Source: an uncultured bacterium | GTDB lineage: Bacteria; Armatimonadota; Abditibacteriia; Abditibacteriales; Abditibacteriaceae | Reading direction: 5' to 3' | NCBI GenBank assembly: GCA_963843795.1 | Contig: CAWJLW010000006.1 | Coordinates: 992,001-1,056,000, forward strand | Length of the DNA stretch: 64,000 nucleotides | Shown: positions 48,460 through 58,100 of the stretch, piece by piece | How the letters are laid out: every line of letters starts with the position of its first letter | Numbering within the stretch: position 1 is the stretch's first letter | Program-made: the position numbers and the translations under genes | Notes under the pieces: model-generated | Told to the model about the DNA's origin: nothing | Database searches by the model: none | The model's input: only the letters and a program-made list of their open reading frames with translations

Positions 48460-49917
48460 ATGGCGTCGATTACAGAAAACACACTGGCGCAACGCTTGCG
48501 CGCGGCTCTGCGCGTGCCGCCGGGCGATGGTGGCGATTTGGCATTGATCGCCGCGTTGCGTAACAGACATCCCGCCGACATCGCCGAAGCGATGGCGCTG
48601 CTCGAACGCGCCGAAACGCTGGCGGTTTTCAACTGGCTCGATAACGCGCGCGCCGCGCAGGTTCTCGACGAAATCGACCCCGAAGCCTCGCGCTTTCTCA
48701 TCGAAAACGCGCCGCCCGGACGCATCGCCGACTTGTTAGATCGACTTCCGATGGACGATGCTGCCGAACTCGTCGCCGATTTATCGGAAGACGCACCGGA
48801 AAAAGCGTTGGAATTGTTGGCCGATCTGGAAAAGCGTGCGCCCGAAGACGCCGAAGAAATTCGCGATTTGCTGTCTTATCCCAACGGCAGCGCCGGTCGT
48901 TTAATGACCGACAATTTCGTTCGATTAAGTCCGCAGATGACGGTCGAAGAAGCTTTTGCTGCGGTGCGCGATTCCGATCCCGAAGTCGAAACCCTGACTG
49001 AACTTTACGTCGTCGAGCCGATGTCGGAAGACAACACTTTGCCTCCGGTCAATACGCGCCCTGCGCCCGATGCCGACGAGCGTCTGTTGGGCGTAATTCC
49101 CTTGCGTCGTCTGGTGAACGCGCGTTCGGAGCAGCGCATTTCGCAGATTATGATTCGCGAACCGCTGACAGTTGATGTGCAAACCGATCAGGAAGAAGTC
49201 GCCAATATTTTTTCCAAGTATTCGTTTTTGGCCATACCTGTTGTCGATGATCGCGGTGCGTTGCAAGGCATCATCACGATGGACGACATCGTGCAGGTTC
49301 TGGTTGAAGAAGGCACTGAAGATGTGCTCGCACTGGGCGCGGTCGCCGCGCCCGACAATGAAAAACCTTATCTCTCACAAGGCGTGATGTCTTTGGTCAA
49401 ACAGCGCATCGGCTGGCTATTGCTCTTGTTCGTGGCCGAAACCGCGACGTCGAGTGTTGGTCGTCATTTCGAGGGCGAAGTGGCGCGCGTGGCCGCGCTG
49501 GCGACATTTGTTCCGCTGCTTATCGGAACTGGCGGCAACGCGGGCGCTCAAACGGTGACCACGATTACCCGTGCGCTGGCGCTTGGCGAAGTGAAATTTG
49601 CAGATTTGTGGCGCGTTTTGCGGCGCGAACTGGCGACGGCGTTTGTGCTGGGTTCGATTCTGGCGATTATCGGTTTCGCGCGCATCGAATTGTGGCAAGT
49701 TGGGCCGGCGATTTCTCTCGTAGTCGCGCTTTCGATGTTTGTGATTGTGTTGTGGGCGATTACGGTTGGCGCAGTTTTGCCGTTGATATTACGAAGGCTT
49801 AAGCTCGACCCCGCGGTAATGAGCGCGCCGATGATTACCACGCTGGTGGATGCGACCGGCCTGTTCTTTTATTTCACTATCGCGCGCTTGATTTTGCCAC
49901 AACTGCGCGGTGGTTGA
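48460..49917 (+). CDS. mgtE: Magnesium transporter MgtE
   Basis: HPADIA, SAGRLMT, CBS pair, GTGGNAGAQ, DPAVMSAPMITTLVD. Start at ATG 48460. Confidence 0.95.
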   Translation: MASITENTLAQRLRAALRVPPGDGGDLALIAALRNRHPADIAEAMALLERAETLAVFNWLDNARAAQVLDEIDPEASRFLIENAPPGRIADLLDRLPMDDAAELVADLSEDAPEKALELLADLEKRAPEDAEEIRDLLSYPNGSAGRLMTDNFVRLSPQMTVEEAFAAVRDSDPEVETLTELYVVEPMSEDNTLPPVNTRPAPDADERLLGVIPLRRLVNARSEQRISQIMIREPLTVDVQTDQEEVANIFSKYSFLAIPVVDDRGALQGIITMDDIVQVLVEEGTEDVLALGAVAAPDNEKPYLSQGVMSLVKQRIGWLLLLFVAETATSSVGRHFEGEVARVAALATFVPLLIGTGGNAGAQTVTTITRALALGEVKFADLWRVLRRELATAFVLGSILAIIGFARIELWQVGPAISLVVALSMFVIVLWAITVGAVLPLILRRLKLDPAVMSAPMITTLVDATGLFFYFTIARLILPQLRGG

Positions 49918-50021
49918 ATTGGTGTGCAACACAAGAGAAATGAAAATGTTGGAAAATAGGCTCTACAAGTACTCGCTGTAACTACTTAATTAGAGCGAAA
50001 TTGTCAGTTTGTAAGGAATTT

Positions 50022-51362
50022 ATGTCATTGATGTCAAAAAACGCGGCCAAAATTGCCGCACTGTGTTTATTGGCCGTTTTCTTGTTTCACAGTCGCGTTC
50101 TGGCGGCAGGTGGTGAAGGCGGAACCGATGGTGGAGCGAAAATTCTGCTGTCGCTGTTCATCGTTTTCGTGGCGGCACAAATCGGAGCAGAAATCGCTCA
50201 ACGTTTGCAAATGCCCGGCGTCGTTGGCGAGATTGCCGCCGGTTGCGTCATCGGCCCGGCAGCCCTTAACTGGGTGCAAATCAACGAACCTTTGCACGTC
50301 TTAGCTGAAATCGGTGCGGTGCTTTTGCTGTTTTCGGTTGGTTTGGAAACGCGCGTGGGCGATTTGAAAAAGGTCGGACGCGTCGCCACGCAGGTCGGCA
50401 CACTGGGCTTGATTTTACCATTTATTCTAGCAACTGGTTGGGCGCTGCAACGGGGCGCTGATGTGCCCAAATCGCTGTTCGTCGCCGCGGCATTTGTCGC
50501 AACTTCGGCGGGCATCACGGCGCGCGTGTTGAACGATATGGGCGTGCTGGGACGCATTGAAAGCCGAGTGATTCTGGGCGCGGCGGTTATTGACGACATT
50601 TTAGCGATGCTGCTGCTGGGTGTGGTTACAGCGCTTTCCAAAGGTGAAGGCGTCGATATTCTCACGCTCGGTTTGGTAACGGTGCAAGCGATTGGTTTTG
50701 TCGGGTTGATTGCTTTGGTGGGCACGCGCATCGCCGCCAAACGAGGCACTGAGATTCTTGATGCGCCCATTAGCCCGTTTTCACATCTGACAATTGCTTT
50801 GGCTTTTTGTCTGGGTCTGGCAGCGGCGGCGGCATTTTTGGGGCTAGCGGCCATTATCGGGGCGTTTTTGGCTGGAATGGTGGCGGCAGAAACACGACAG
50901 CGCCATCAATTGGAAAAGCAAGTTCAGGTTTTGATGGCGCTTTTAGTGCCGTTCTTTTTCGTGGTGACAGGTGCGCAGGTGCAATTGAAAGAACTGGCCA
51001 ACTGGAGCACAATCGGTACTTTGCTTTTGGTAACAATTTTAGCTATCATCGGCAAACTGGTCGGTTGTGGTTTGGGCGCTAAATCGCTGGGCAAAAGGTC
51101 GGCGATGATCGTGGGTGTGGGCATGGTTCCGCGCGGCGAAGTTGGTATTATCGTAGCGACGTTGGGCTACAATTCGAAAATTTTCACCTCCGAATTGTAT
51201 TCGATTATTATCGCGATGTCGTTGCTGACTTCGGTTGTTGCGCCGCCCGCGCTGAAGATTTTGTTTTCCGGTATTGAACCTGATCCCGATGAAGAATCCG
51301 AAGAACCCTTTTCTTCACTCATTCCAGTCGATATGACCGGCTTCGACTCGCGCAATCCATAA
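50022..51362 (+). CDS. Cation:proton antiporter (CPA2, NapA/Kef-type)
   Basis: PGVVGEIAAG, ATSAGIT, AAVIDDI, GMVPRGEVG. Confidence 0.92.
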   Translation: MSLMSKNAAKIAALCLLAVFLFHSRVLAAGGEGGTDGGAKILLSLFIVFVAAQIGAEIAQRLQMPGVVGEIAAGCVIGPAALNWVQINEPLHVLAEIGAVLLLFSVGLETRVGDLKKVGRVATQVGTLGLILPFILATGWALQRGADVPKSLFVAAAFVATSAGITARVLNDMGVLGRIESRVILGAAVIDDILAMLLLGVVTALSKGEGVDILTLGLVTVQAIGFVGLIALVGTRIAAKRGTEILDAPISPFSHLTIALAFCLGLAAAAAFLGLAAIIGAFLAGMVAAETRQRHQLEKQVQVLMALLVPFFFVVTGAQVQLKELANWSTIGTLLLVTILAIIGKLVGCGLGAKSLGKRSAMIVGVGMVPRGEVGIIVATLGYNSKIFTSELYSIIIAMSLLTSVVAPPALKILFSGIEPDPDEESEEPFSSLIPVDMTGFDSRNP

Positions 51363-51403
51363 AAACGCCTGTGCAAGTACTTGCACAGGCGTTTTTATGG
51401 ATT
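51354..51403. repeat. 50-bp perfect palindrome centred on GCAAGTACTTGC between convergent genes
   Basis: AATCCATAAAAACGCCTGTGCAAGT|ACTTGCACAGGCGTTTTTATGGATT. Confidence 0.93.
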
Positions 51404-51416
51404 AGTCCACAATGCT

Positions 51417-52616
51417 TTAATCGACTGTGCTTTCCTGCGCCACGCGCTTAATGGCCGCGTCGCGCTCAGCTTGCGTCACTAGAAAAGTGTCGGGATCAAT
51501 TCCGACTAAAGCTTGCAGATCGTTGCCTTTTCCATACGAACCCAAAGCCGCAATCGCACGATCTTCGATGCCGTTTTCACGCAAAAATTTGACGACGTCG
51601 CGTTCTAAATTGGGCACATAAGTGCGCAGAAATTCGACTTCGCCCAAATTGGTCAATCCCTGAGGCACGATTTCAACGTCAACGCCTGCTGGAATTAATA
51701 GCGATTCGCCCCGGCGCGCGAAAGTTTCTTCGCCATTGCCACGGAACAAAGCCGCGCCGTTGATGACTGTGATGGTGTTGAAACGTGGAGCCTCGTCGGT
51801 GAATGTGAACGTTTTGAACGCGTTCCATTTTTCCAGCACGAAATAATTGCACGCGCAGCAAAAAGTGCGCTTCAAATCATCGGCTTCCAAAGTCACAGGT
51901 GGCACATTTTGGCGCGCTCCATTTTCATAAGTCGCGGCCTGCACCGCCAAAGTTTTGTGCTTCTCGGCGTCTTCGGGCGTAATTACGCCCGCTTCGACGA
52001 AACCGGCCCAATCCCAGCCAAAACCCGCATCCGAATTCTGCTGAATTTCAAAGACCAGATTGCCCTCATCCAGTGCATGCATCCGTCCGGCAGGCACAAA
52101 AAAGGTGTCTCCCGTTTCGGTGGGAATGAAGTTCATTACCGCGTCGTAGGTGTCGCCTTTTTCAATTGCTTCCGCGAATTTTTCGGGCGTTAGGTTCCAG
52201 GCCGAGCCGATGTAGGCTTGTGCGCCCGGATCAGCGCGCGCGATGTACCACGCTTCGGTTTTGCCCGGATCGCTCATGCCCAATTTGCGCGTGGTTTCGT
52301 CATCCGGATGCAAGTGCGCGGGTAGGCGCTTGTCGCAATCCAAGAATTTGAGCAAAAGCGGAAAATAATCGCCGTAGCGGTCGAAAACCTCGCTGCCCAC
52401 CAGCGCGCGCGCATCTTCTTGCATCAATTGGCGCAGGGTTTTTCCTCCATGCGGCCCATTGATAACGATGGATTGTTCCGGGCCGTGATCGGCGATTTCC
52501 CACGATTCTGCGATATCGCGGTCGCGCGGCATATGCTGCATTTCCAGCACTTCGACAAAACGTCGTCCGCCATAGGGATAAAATTTCAAAAACGGCTTAA
52601 ATTTCAAGGGATACAT
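51417..52616 (-). CDS. manA: Type I phosphomannose isomerase-like cupin
   Basis: AESWEI, FPLLLKFLD, HLHPDD, GKTEAWY, VPAGRMHA, EIQQNSD. Lies downstream of pgi. Confidence 0.75.
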   Translation of the reverse strand: MYPLKFKPFLKFYPYGGRRFVEVLEMQHMPRDRDIAESWEIADHGPEQSIVINGPHGGKTLRQLMQEDARALVGSEVFDRYGDYFPLLLKFLDCDKRLPAHLHPDDETTRKLGMSDPGKTEAWYIARADPGAQAYIGSAWNLTPEKFAEAIEKGDTYDAVMNFIPTETGDTFFVPAGRMHALDEGNLVFEIQQNSDAGFGWDWAGFVEAGVITPEDAEKHKTLAVQAATYENGARQNVPPVTLEADDLKRTFCCACNYFVLEKWNAFKTFTFTDEAPRFNTITVINGAALFRGNGEETFARRGESLLIPAGVDVEIVPQGLTNLGEVEFLRTYVPNLERDVVKFLRENGIEDRAIAALGSYGKGNDLQALVGIDPDTFLVTQAERDAAIKRVAQESTVD

Positions 52617-52641
52617 GGCAATGGAATTAAACGCAGGGCGT

Positions 52642-54249
52642 TTAATCTTGATTCTCCTTATCGTGGATTTTAATTTGATATTCGGCACCTGCGCCATGAC
52701 CTTCGCGCGTCAATTGGCCATTGACTTCTAAATGGCGCAAAATATGAAAAATGTCTTCGGCGCGTTCGGGCATTTGCAAGCGTTGCGCCAGTTCGTCTGC
52801 GGAAAAGCTGCGCGTGAATTCTTCTCGCAGCGCCCCTAGCACTTGATGCTGCAATTCGATGACTTGCTGCGCCGCCTTCTTGCCCGCTTCCACGCCCGGT
52901 TGATGATACGCGTTGATATTGACCAAATACGCATATAAGCCTACCGCACGTTCGTAAAGTGCAATCAAGCGGCCTACCGTGGGCGCATCGACAGTAAGCA
53001 CGGAAATCGTGAGGCTTTCACGCCCATTTTCATATAATGCTGTGCGTGTACCGTAAAGAAAGCCGGACAAAAAATCGCCGCTGCTGGTATCGGGTTCAAC
53101 TTCGATGCGCGAACTCGAATCGCGCCGTGCTTGTAGCACTTCGATGAAGGTCACAAAGAAATTCGCCACGCCCTCGCGCAACTGTTGCACATACGCGTGC
53201 TGATCGGTCGAACCTTTGTTGCCGTAAACCGCGATGCCCTGATGCACAATATTTCCGTCCAAATCGCGTTCCTTGCCCAACGATTCCATTACTAACTGCT
53301 GCAAATAACGCGCGAACAATTCCAAGCGATCTTTATACGGCAAAATTACCATATCTTTCTCGCCCCGCCCGTTCGTCGCGTGATACCAACTCGCCGCCAG
53401 CAGCGCGGCTGGATTGTCTTGGGTGGTGCGATTGCGCGTCACTTCGTCCATTGCGCTCGCGCCCATCAGCATGCCTTCGATATCGAAACCTTGCAACGCG
53501 GCGGGCAAAAGTCCAACTGCCGAAAGCTCGGAGGTGCGGCCACCGACCCAATCGAACATGGGAAATCGTTGGAGCCAGCGCTCGTTTTCTGCCACGTTGT
53601 CCAGCTTGCTGCCGCGTTCGGTAATGGCGACCGTGTGACGGCCAAAGTGCAAGCCCATCTCGTGATAAGCGGATTGTGCTTCAAGCATCGCGTTTCGAGT
53701 TTCTTTGGTGCCACCGCTTTTGGAAATTACAATCGTCAGCGTTTGCGCTAAGCCATCGCCCAGACGCGCTAAAGTGCGCTCGATGCCGTCGGGGTCGGTG
53801 TTGTCGAGAAAATAAACCGCCATTTTGTCGGTTTCGGGATTAGAAAGAGCTTGCGTGACGAATTGCGGGCCCAGTGCGCTACCACCGATGCCAATGAGCA
53901 GCAAGTTGCGAAAACGGTCGCCGCGTTCGGGAATGATGTCGCCATCGTGAATCTGCTGTGCAAATTCTTGAATATCTTTAAGCACATTACGAATCTGCGC
54001 GCTGATGCGACCGGGCGCGATCTCAGGCGCGCGCAGCCAGTAATGGCCGACCATACGATTTTCGTCGGGGTTGGCGATGGCACCGTTTTCCAGTTCGGCC
54101 ATCTTTTCGTAAGCATTTTGTAATTTTGGTTCGATTTCCGCCCAGAAATTGTCGGGGAAATTCAAACGCGAAATATCGACGCTGATATCCAATATGTCAT
54201 TGAAATAGGTCGTTTTCTGGTATCGTTGCCACAATTCCGTTGCCTTCAT
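52642..54249 (-). CDS. pgi: Glucose-6-phosphate isomerase
   Basis: [48 protein letters not shown]. Confidence 0.97.
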   Translation of the reverse strand: MKATELWQRYQKTTYFNDILDISVDISRLNFPDNFWAEIEPKLQNAYEKMAELENGAIANPDENRMVGHYWLRAPEIAPGRISAQIRNVLKDIQEFAQQIHDGDIIPERGDRFRNLLLIGIGGSALGPQFVTQALSNPETDKMAVYFLDNTDPDGIERTLARLGDGLAQTLTIVISKSGGTKETRNAMLEAQSAYHEMGLHFGRHTVAITERGSKLDNVAENERWLQRFPMFDWVGGRTSELSAVGLLPAALQGFDIEGMLMGASAMDEVTRNRTTQDNPAALLAASWYHATNGRGEKDMVILPYKDRLELFARYLQQLVMESLGKERDLDGNIVHQGIAVYGNKGSTDQHAYVQQLREGVANFFVTFIEVLQARRDSSSRIEVEPDTSSGDFLSGFLYGTRTALYENGRESLTISVLTVDAPTVGRLIALYERAVGLYAYLVNINAYHQPGVEAGKKAAQQVIELQHQVLGALREEFTRSFSADELAQRLQMPERAEDIFHILRHLEVNGQLTREGHGAGAEYQIKIHDKENQD

Positions 54250-54326
54250 TGCTATCCTTTTCTCACCAATTTTCGCCTCGACAAGTGTGACCTAATTCGC
54301 TCAGGCGCGCAGACACGAAACGTGTC

Positions 54327-54355
54327 TTGACGTGAGGAGTTGAAAACGGTATAAT
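54327..54355 (+). promoter_or_regulatory. Sigma70-type promoter of tRNA-Leu
   Basis: TTGACG (54327-54332), 17-bp spacer, TATAAT (54350-54355). Confidence 0.8.
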
Positions 54356-54378
54356 TTTTGTTCGCTGTCTCAACAGGC

Positions 54379-54461
54379 GCGCGAGTGGCGGAATGGCAGA
54401 CGCGCTAGATTCAGGTTCTAGTGCCCGCAAGGGCGTGGAGGTTCAAGTCCTCTCTCGCGCA
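54379..54461 (+). tRNA. tRNA-Leu (anticodon CAG)
   Basis: Acceptor stem GCGCGAG/CTCGCGC, D-arm TGGCGGAATGGCAGACGC, anticodon arm CTAGA-TTCAGGT-TCTAG, long variable arm GCCCGCAAGGGC, T-loop GGTTCAAGTCC. Followed by ATCCA, so CCA is not directly encoded. Confidence 0.96.
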
Positions 54462-54464
54462 TCC

Positions 54465-54500
54465 AAAAACCCGAACATCAATTCGATGTTCGGGTTTTTT
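54465..54500. terminator. Bidirectional intrinsic terminator after the tRNA
   Basis: AAAAACCCGAACATC-AATTC-GATGTTCGGGTTTTTT. Confidence 0.85.
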
Positions 54501-55428
54501 CGTGCCAATTTTTTACATTCTCAATTGTGCAATCCAATGCTCGTTTTCTTGATTGTGGCGAAGCCCAGCCCAAATGTGGCGTGATGATACAATTGGGCGC
54601 GCTCAAAAGGGGATTGTCACGCGGCGGCGGTTCGCTGCTCAGCACGTCGGCAGCATAACCGGCAATTTTTTCGTCCTGCAAGTACTTGCACAGCACATTT
54701 TCATCCACTAACGCGCCGCGCGCCGTATTAATCAAAAACGCCGTCGCTTTCATCCAACTCAAACGTTCATCGTTCATCAAATGCCGCGTTTGTTCAGTCG
54801 CCGGACAATGCAACGAAACCACATCGGCACGCTGTAAACCTTCTTTTAATTCCACGCGCGGCCATTGATTTTTGGGAGCGCCCTCGCGTCCCGGCAGAAT
54901 GCCTGCAAGTACTTGCATTCCAAACGCGCGCGCGATTTCGCCCACGCGATTGCCGATATTGCCGGTTCCCAACAGCAACAAAGTTTGGCCGCTGAGTTCA
55001 ACCAGCGGAAATTTCCAAAACGAAAAATATTTTGCGTTCGACCACGCACCTTCGCGCACCATTTCTGAATGTGCGCCACAATGATGCGTCAATTCCAGCA
55101 ACAACGCCCACGTTGTTTGCGCGGTAAATTCGCTCGAATAGCTCGGCACATTCGCCACTTCAATGCCGCGTTCCGCAGTGATTTCCAAATCAATGTTATC
55201 GGTTCCCGTCGCCGTCACTGCGATCATTTTTAACTGCGGCGCGGCATCGAATTGTTCGCTCCGCAGCTGGCATTTATTGGTGATAACAACATCGGCTTCT
55301 CTGATGCGTGCAAGTACTTGCGGCGCATCCGAACGCGCAAAAACTTCGATTTCGCCCAACGATTTCAGCGCGTCCCAATCGCGTTCATTATCGCTGAGCG
55401 GCGAGGCATCCAAGACGACGATTTTCAT
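54478..55428 (-). CDS. D-2-hydroxyacid dehydrogenase (glycerate dehydrogenase/hydroxypyruvate reductase-like)
   Basis: MKIVVLD start at 55428, [34 protein letters not shown]. Confidence 0.9.
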   Translation of the reverse strand: MKIVVLDASPLSDNERDWDALKSLGEIEVFARSDAPQVLARIREADVVITNKCQLRSEQFDAAPQLKMIAVTATGTDNIDLEITAERGIEVANVPSYSSEFTAQTTWALLLELTHHCGAHSEMVREGAWSNAKYFSFWKFPLVELSGQTLLLLGTGNIGNRVGEIARAFGMQVLAGILPGREGAPKNQWPRVELKEGLQRADVVSLHCPATEQTRHLMNDERLSWMKATAFLINTARGALVDENVLCKYLQDEKIAGYAADVLSSEPPPRDNPLLSAPNCIITPHLGWASPQSRKRALDCTIENVKNWHEKTRTSN

Positions 55429-56676
55429 GCGCCCGTCCATTTTACAGCTTTCAAGCGCTTGCGCGACTTCGAGGGCGTTGGCGCGCGAATTAAACGCCGA
55501 AATGCGGAAAAAGCCTTCGCCTTGTTTGCCAAAACCCGAACCTGGCGTAATTACCACATTTGCTTCATCAAGCATTTTGTCGAACACGTCCCAACTGCTC
55601 AAACCTTGCGGCGCTTGCACCCAGATATACGGCGCGTGCTCGCCGCCCCATGTTTGCAAGCCGCAGTTCTGCGCCGCTTCGCGCAAGATTTTTGCGTTCG
55701 TCCATGTAGCCATCGACCAAATCACGAACCTGCTTTTTGCCCGCTTCGGAATACAACGCTTCTGCCGCGCGCTGCACCGGATAAGAAACGCCATTAAATT
55801 TTGTCGTCGAGCGGCGCAACCACAGCGGATGCAGCGGCACTTTTTCGCCATCGGCTTTCTGTCCCATCAAGGTTTTGGGCACAACGGTAAAAGCGCAGCG
55901 CACGCCGGTAAAGCCGCCATTTTTCGAGAACGAGCGGAATTCAATCGCGCACTCGCGCGCGCCTTCGATTTCGTAAATCGAGCGCGGCAAATCGGGGTCG
56001 GAGATGTAATCGCCATAGGCCGCATCGAAAAACAAAATCGTGTCGTTTTCGCAGCGCATAATCGACCCATTCTTTGCAGCTGCGCTTTGGTCGCGACTGC
56101 GCCGGTCGGATTGTTGGGAAAACACAAATAAGCGATGTCCACTTTTTGCTGCGGCGGCGATGCGATGAAATCGTTTTCGGGCGTGCAGGGCAGATAAACC
56201 AAACCCTCATAAGCGCCGCCTTCATCGGCCGCGCCGGTGTGGCCGGCCATCACGTTGGTATCCACATAAACCGGATAAACCGGATCGGTGATGGCGATGG
56301 TGTTGTCATTGCCGAAAATATCGAGAATGTTGGCGGTGTCGCATTTGGAGCCATCGGAGACGAAAATCTCGTCATCGGCGATTTCCAAACCGCGCGCGCG
56401 ATATTCGTTTTCGGCGATAGCTTCGCGCAGAAATTCGTAGCCTTGTTCCGGCCCATAGCCGCGAAAAGTGCCGCGCTGCCCAGTTCATCGGTCAGCATTT
56501 TTCAGCGCGTCAATGGCGGCCTGTGGCAGCGGTTCGGTGACATCGCCGATGCCGCAGCGAATGATGTTGTCGGCGGCATCGGGGTTAGCGGCAGCAAATT
56601 CTTTGACGCGGCGCGCGATTTCGGGGAACAGATAACCGGCTTTGAGCTTAAGATAATTTTCGTTGATAGTAGCCAT
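55425..56676 (-). pseudogene. dapL: LL-diaminopimelate aminotransferase, broken by about 6 single-base indels (probably sequencing errors)
   Basis: [76 protein letters not shown], spread over four ORF fragments. Confidence 0.88.
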
Positions 56677-56697
56677 AAAATTGAATGCTGAAACACA

Positions 56698-56735
56698 AAA
56701 TAAAGCGCGAAGCAGATTGGCTTCGCGCTTTATTT
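56698..56735. terminator. Hairpin sharing its core with the 43932 hairpin
   Basis: AAATAAAGCGCGAAGC-AGATTG-GCTTCGCGCTTTATTT. Confidence 0.75.
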
Positions 56736-56766
56736 AATTTATCAAATTCGTTACGGCTGCGGGCTT

Positions 56767-58095
56767 TTAATTGGATTCTCCTGCCACCAGATCGCCATTG
56801 GCTTTCTCTGTGCCTAACGTAGAACCGCCTTCGGGTTCCATCGGCACGCCGCCGTCATCAGAGCCATCAGGGCCGACGCTGTAAAGCATGAATTTTTGAC
56901 CTTGTTTTTGATAAATCAGTGGCGCGTTGGGCGCAAACGGATCGAGCGGCACCCCTTTGAGAAATTGAGGCACCAATTGATTCAAAGATTGCGGGTATTG
57001 ACCGGTGGCTTTGCTAAAGGCTTGCAAGGCCAGCGCGGTCAGCAGCAAACGATTTTCGGCGCGATTTTTTTCGTAATTCAAACGCATACGCGCCAAATTA
57101 GCGCTTCCCGCCAGCAATGCGCTCAGCGGGTCGGCGGCGTCGGGCAACCGCAGCAAATTGGGCGCATAAGGTTCTTGGGCACGCGCGATGTCGGCGTCCA
57201 ATTTGGCTACTAAATTGGCTTCGATCTGCGCATCGGAAGTTTTGCGAAGTTGCTTCTCCCAACCGTCTGTTTTGAAAGCTCTGCTCCAACTGTTCGGCTG
57301 GCCCGCGCGGAATTTCTTCCATTCGGCGTCTTGAAATATTCCCCGCAAGCTGGCCAGCGCGAGCCATTTTTCTTCGCTTTCGATGGCCATCAATTCGGTG
57401 TGCGCGGCTTCGATTCGCTCCAAACGTTGCGCAGCGCGCATTGCTTGCGTCGCAGTCAGATTTTTGCGCCAATGCGCCAATTCTGTACGACCAATTTGTT
57501 CGATGGCAATGCCGACCAGCATATTCATGTGAACCGCGCCATTCTGTATCACCGCGCCGATTTCTATCGCGTCCAAAGCGCTTTGGGTTGCCGCGTTAAA
57601 GTCGCCCGCGTCCGCTTGAACGCGCGCTCGTTCGGTCGCGGCGCGGCCCAAACTGCGCAGTTGCGCGTGATACATTGTGGTGCCCATCAAAGAGCGTTGC
57701 AGCGGTGCCACGATGGGAAGTTGCAACGCTTTTTTCATCAGTTGCAGCGCGCCAGCGTTCTTCGCGACGTGCGCCTTTTGCAAAGCAATGGAACTGTTGG
57801 GCGGCAATTCGGGTTGCAGATTTTTGCCTGCTTGCACCAGCAAATCGTACCCGTTAACTTTGGGGCGCTGCGGATTGGGAATCGCAATGGGTTGCTTAAT
57901 CAACGGTGCTGGTGTCGCGATGATGCGCGGCGGTGCGGGCGTGGGAATAATCGTTGGCTGCGCCGCAGGAGGCGACGTTGGAGCGGGTTGCGCGCTTTGA
58001 GGTGCGCTCGAATGACAGCCCGCGAAATATACCGGCGCGAGAAGACCAAAAGTCATCTGCAAGTACTTGCGAGACGAAAAGGGTGAAGTTTTCAT
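56767..58095 (-). CDS. Lipoprotein with a C-terminal GspG/pseudopilin-like motif (paralog 1)
   Basis: Lipobox FAGC, Pro-rich linker, YPQSLNQLVPQFLKGVPLDPFA...LYSVGPDGSDDGG. Confidence 0.75.
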   Translation of the reverse strand: MKTSPFSSRKYLQMTFGLLAPVYFAGCHSSAPQSAQPAPTSPPAAQPTIIPTPAPPRIIATPAPLIKQPIAIPNPQRPKVNGYDLLVQAGKNLQPELPPNSSIALQKAHVAKNAGALQLMKKALQLPIVAPLQRSLMGTTMYHAQLRSLGRAATERARVQADAGDFNAATQSALDAIEIGAVIQNGAVHMNMLVGIAIEQIGRTELAHWRKNLTATQAMRAAQRLERIEAAHTELMAIESEEKWLALASLRGIFQDAEWKKFRAGQPNSWSRAFKTDGWEKQLRKTSDAQIEANLVAKLDADIARAQEPYAPNLLRLPDAADPLSALLAGSANLARMRLNYEKNRAENRLLLTALALQAFSKATGQYPQSLNQLVPQFLKGVPLDPFAPNAPLIYQKQGQKFMLYSVGPDGSDDGGVPMEPEGGSTLGTEKANGDLVAGESN

Positions 58096-58100
58096 GCTGA

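Noticed and set aside
54379..54500. tRNA-Leu as an integration site for an island or prophage
   Set aside because: No integrase and no duplicated tRNA 3' end in the window; the flanks are housekeeping genes.
54478..55851. 457-aa aminotransferase-dehydrogenase fusion shown in the ORF track
   Set aside because: Explained by a single extra base near 55458; correcting it gives a normal dapL stop overlapping the dehydrogenase ATG.
33607..56676. Programmed frameshifting or phase variation in the FG-GAP, kinase and dapL genes
   Set aside because: No slippery heptamers or long homopolymer/SSR tracts at the shift points. Nearly all are isolated +1 insertions, typical of long-read consensus error.
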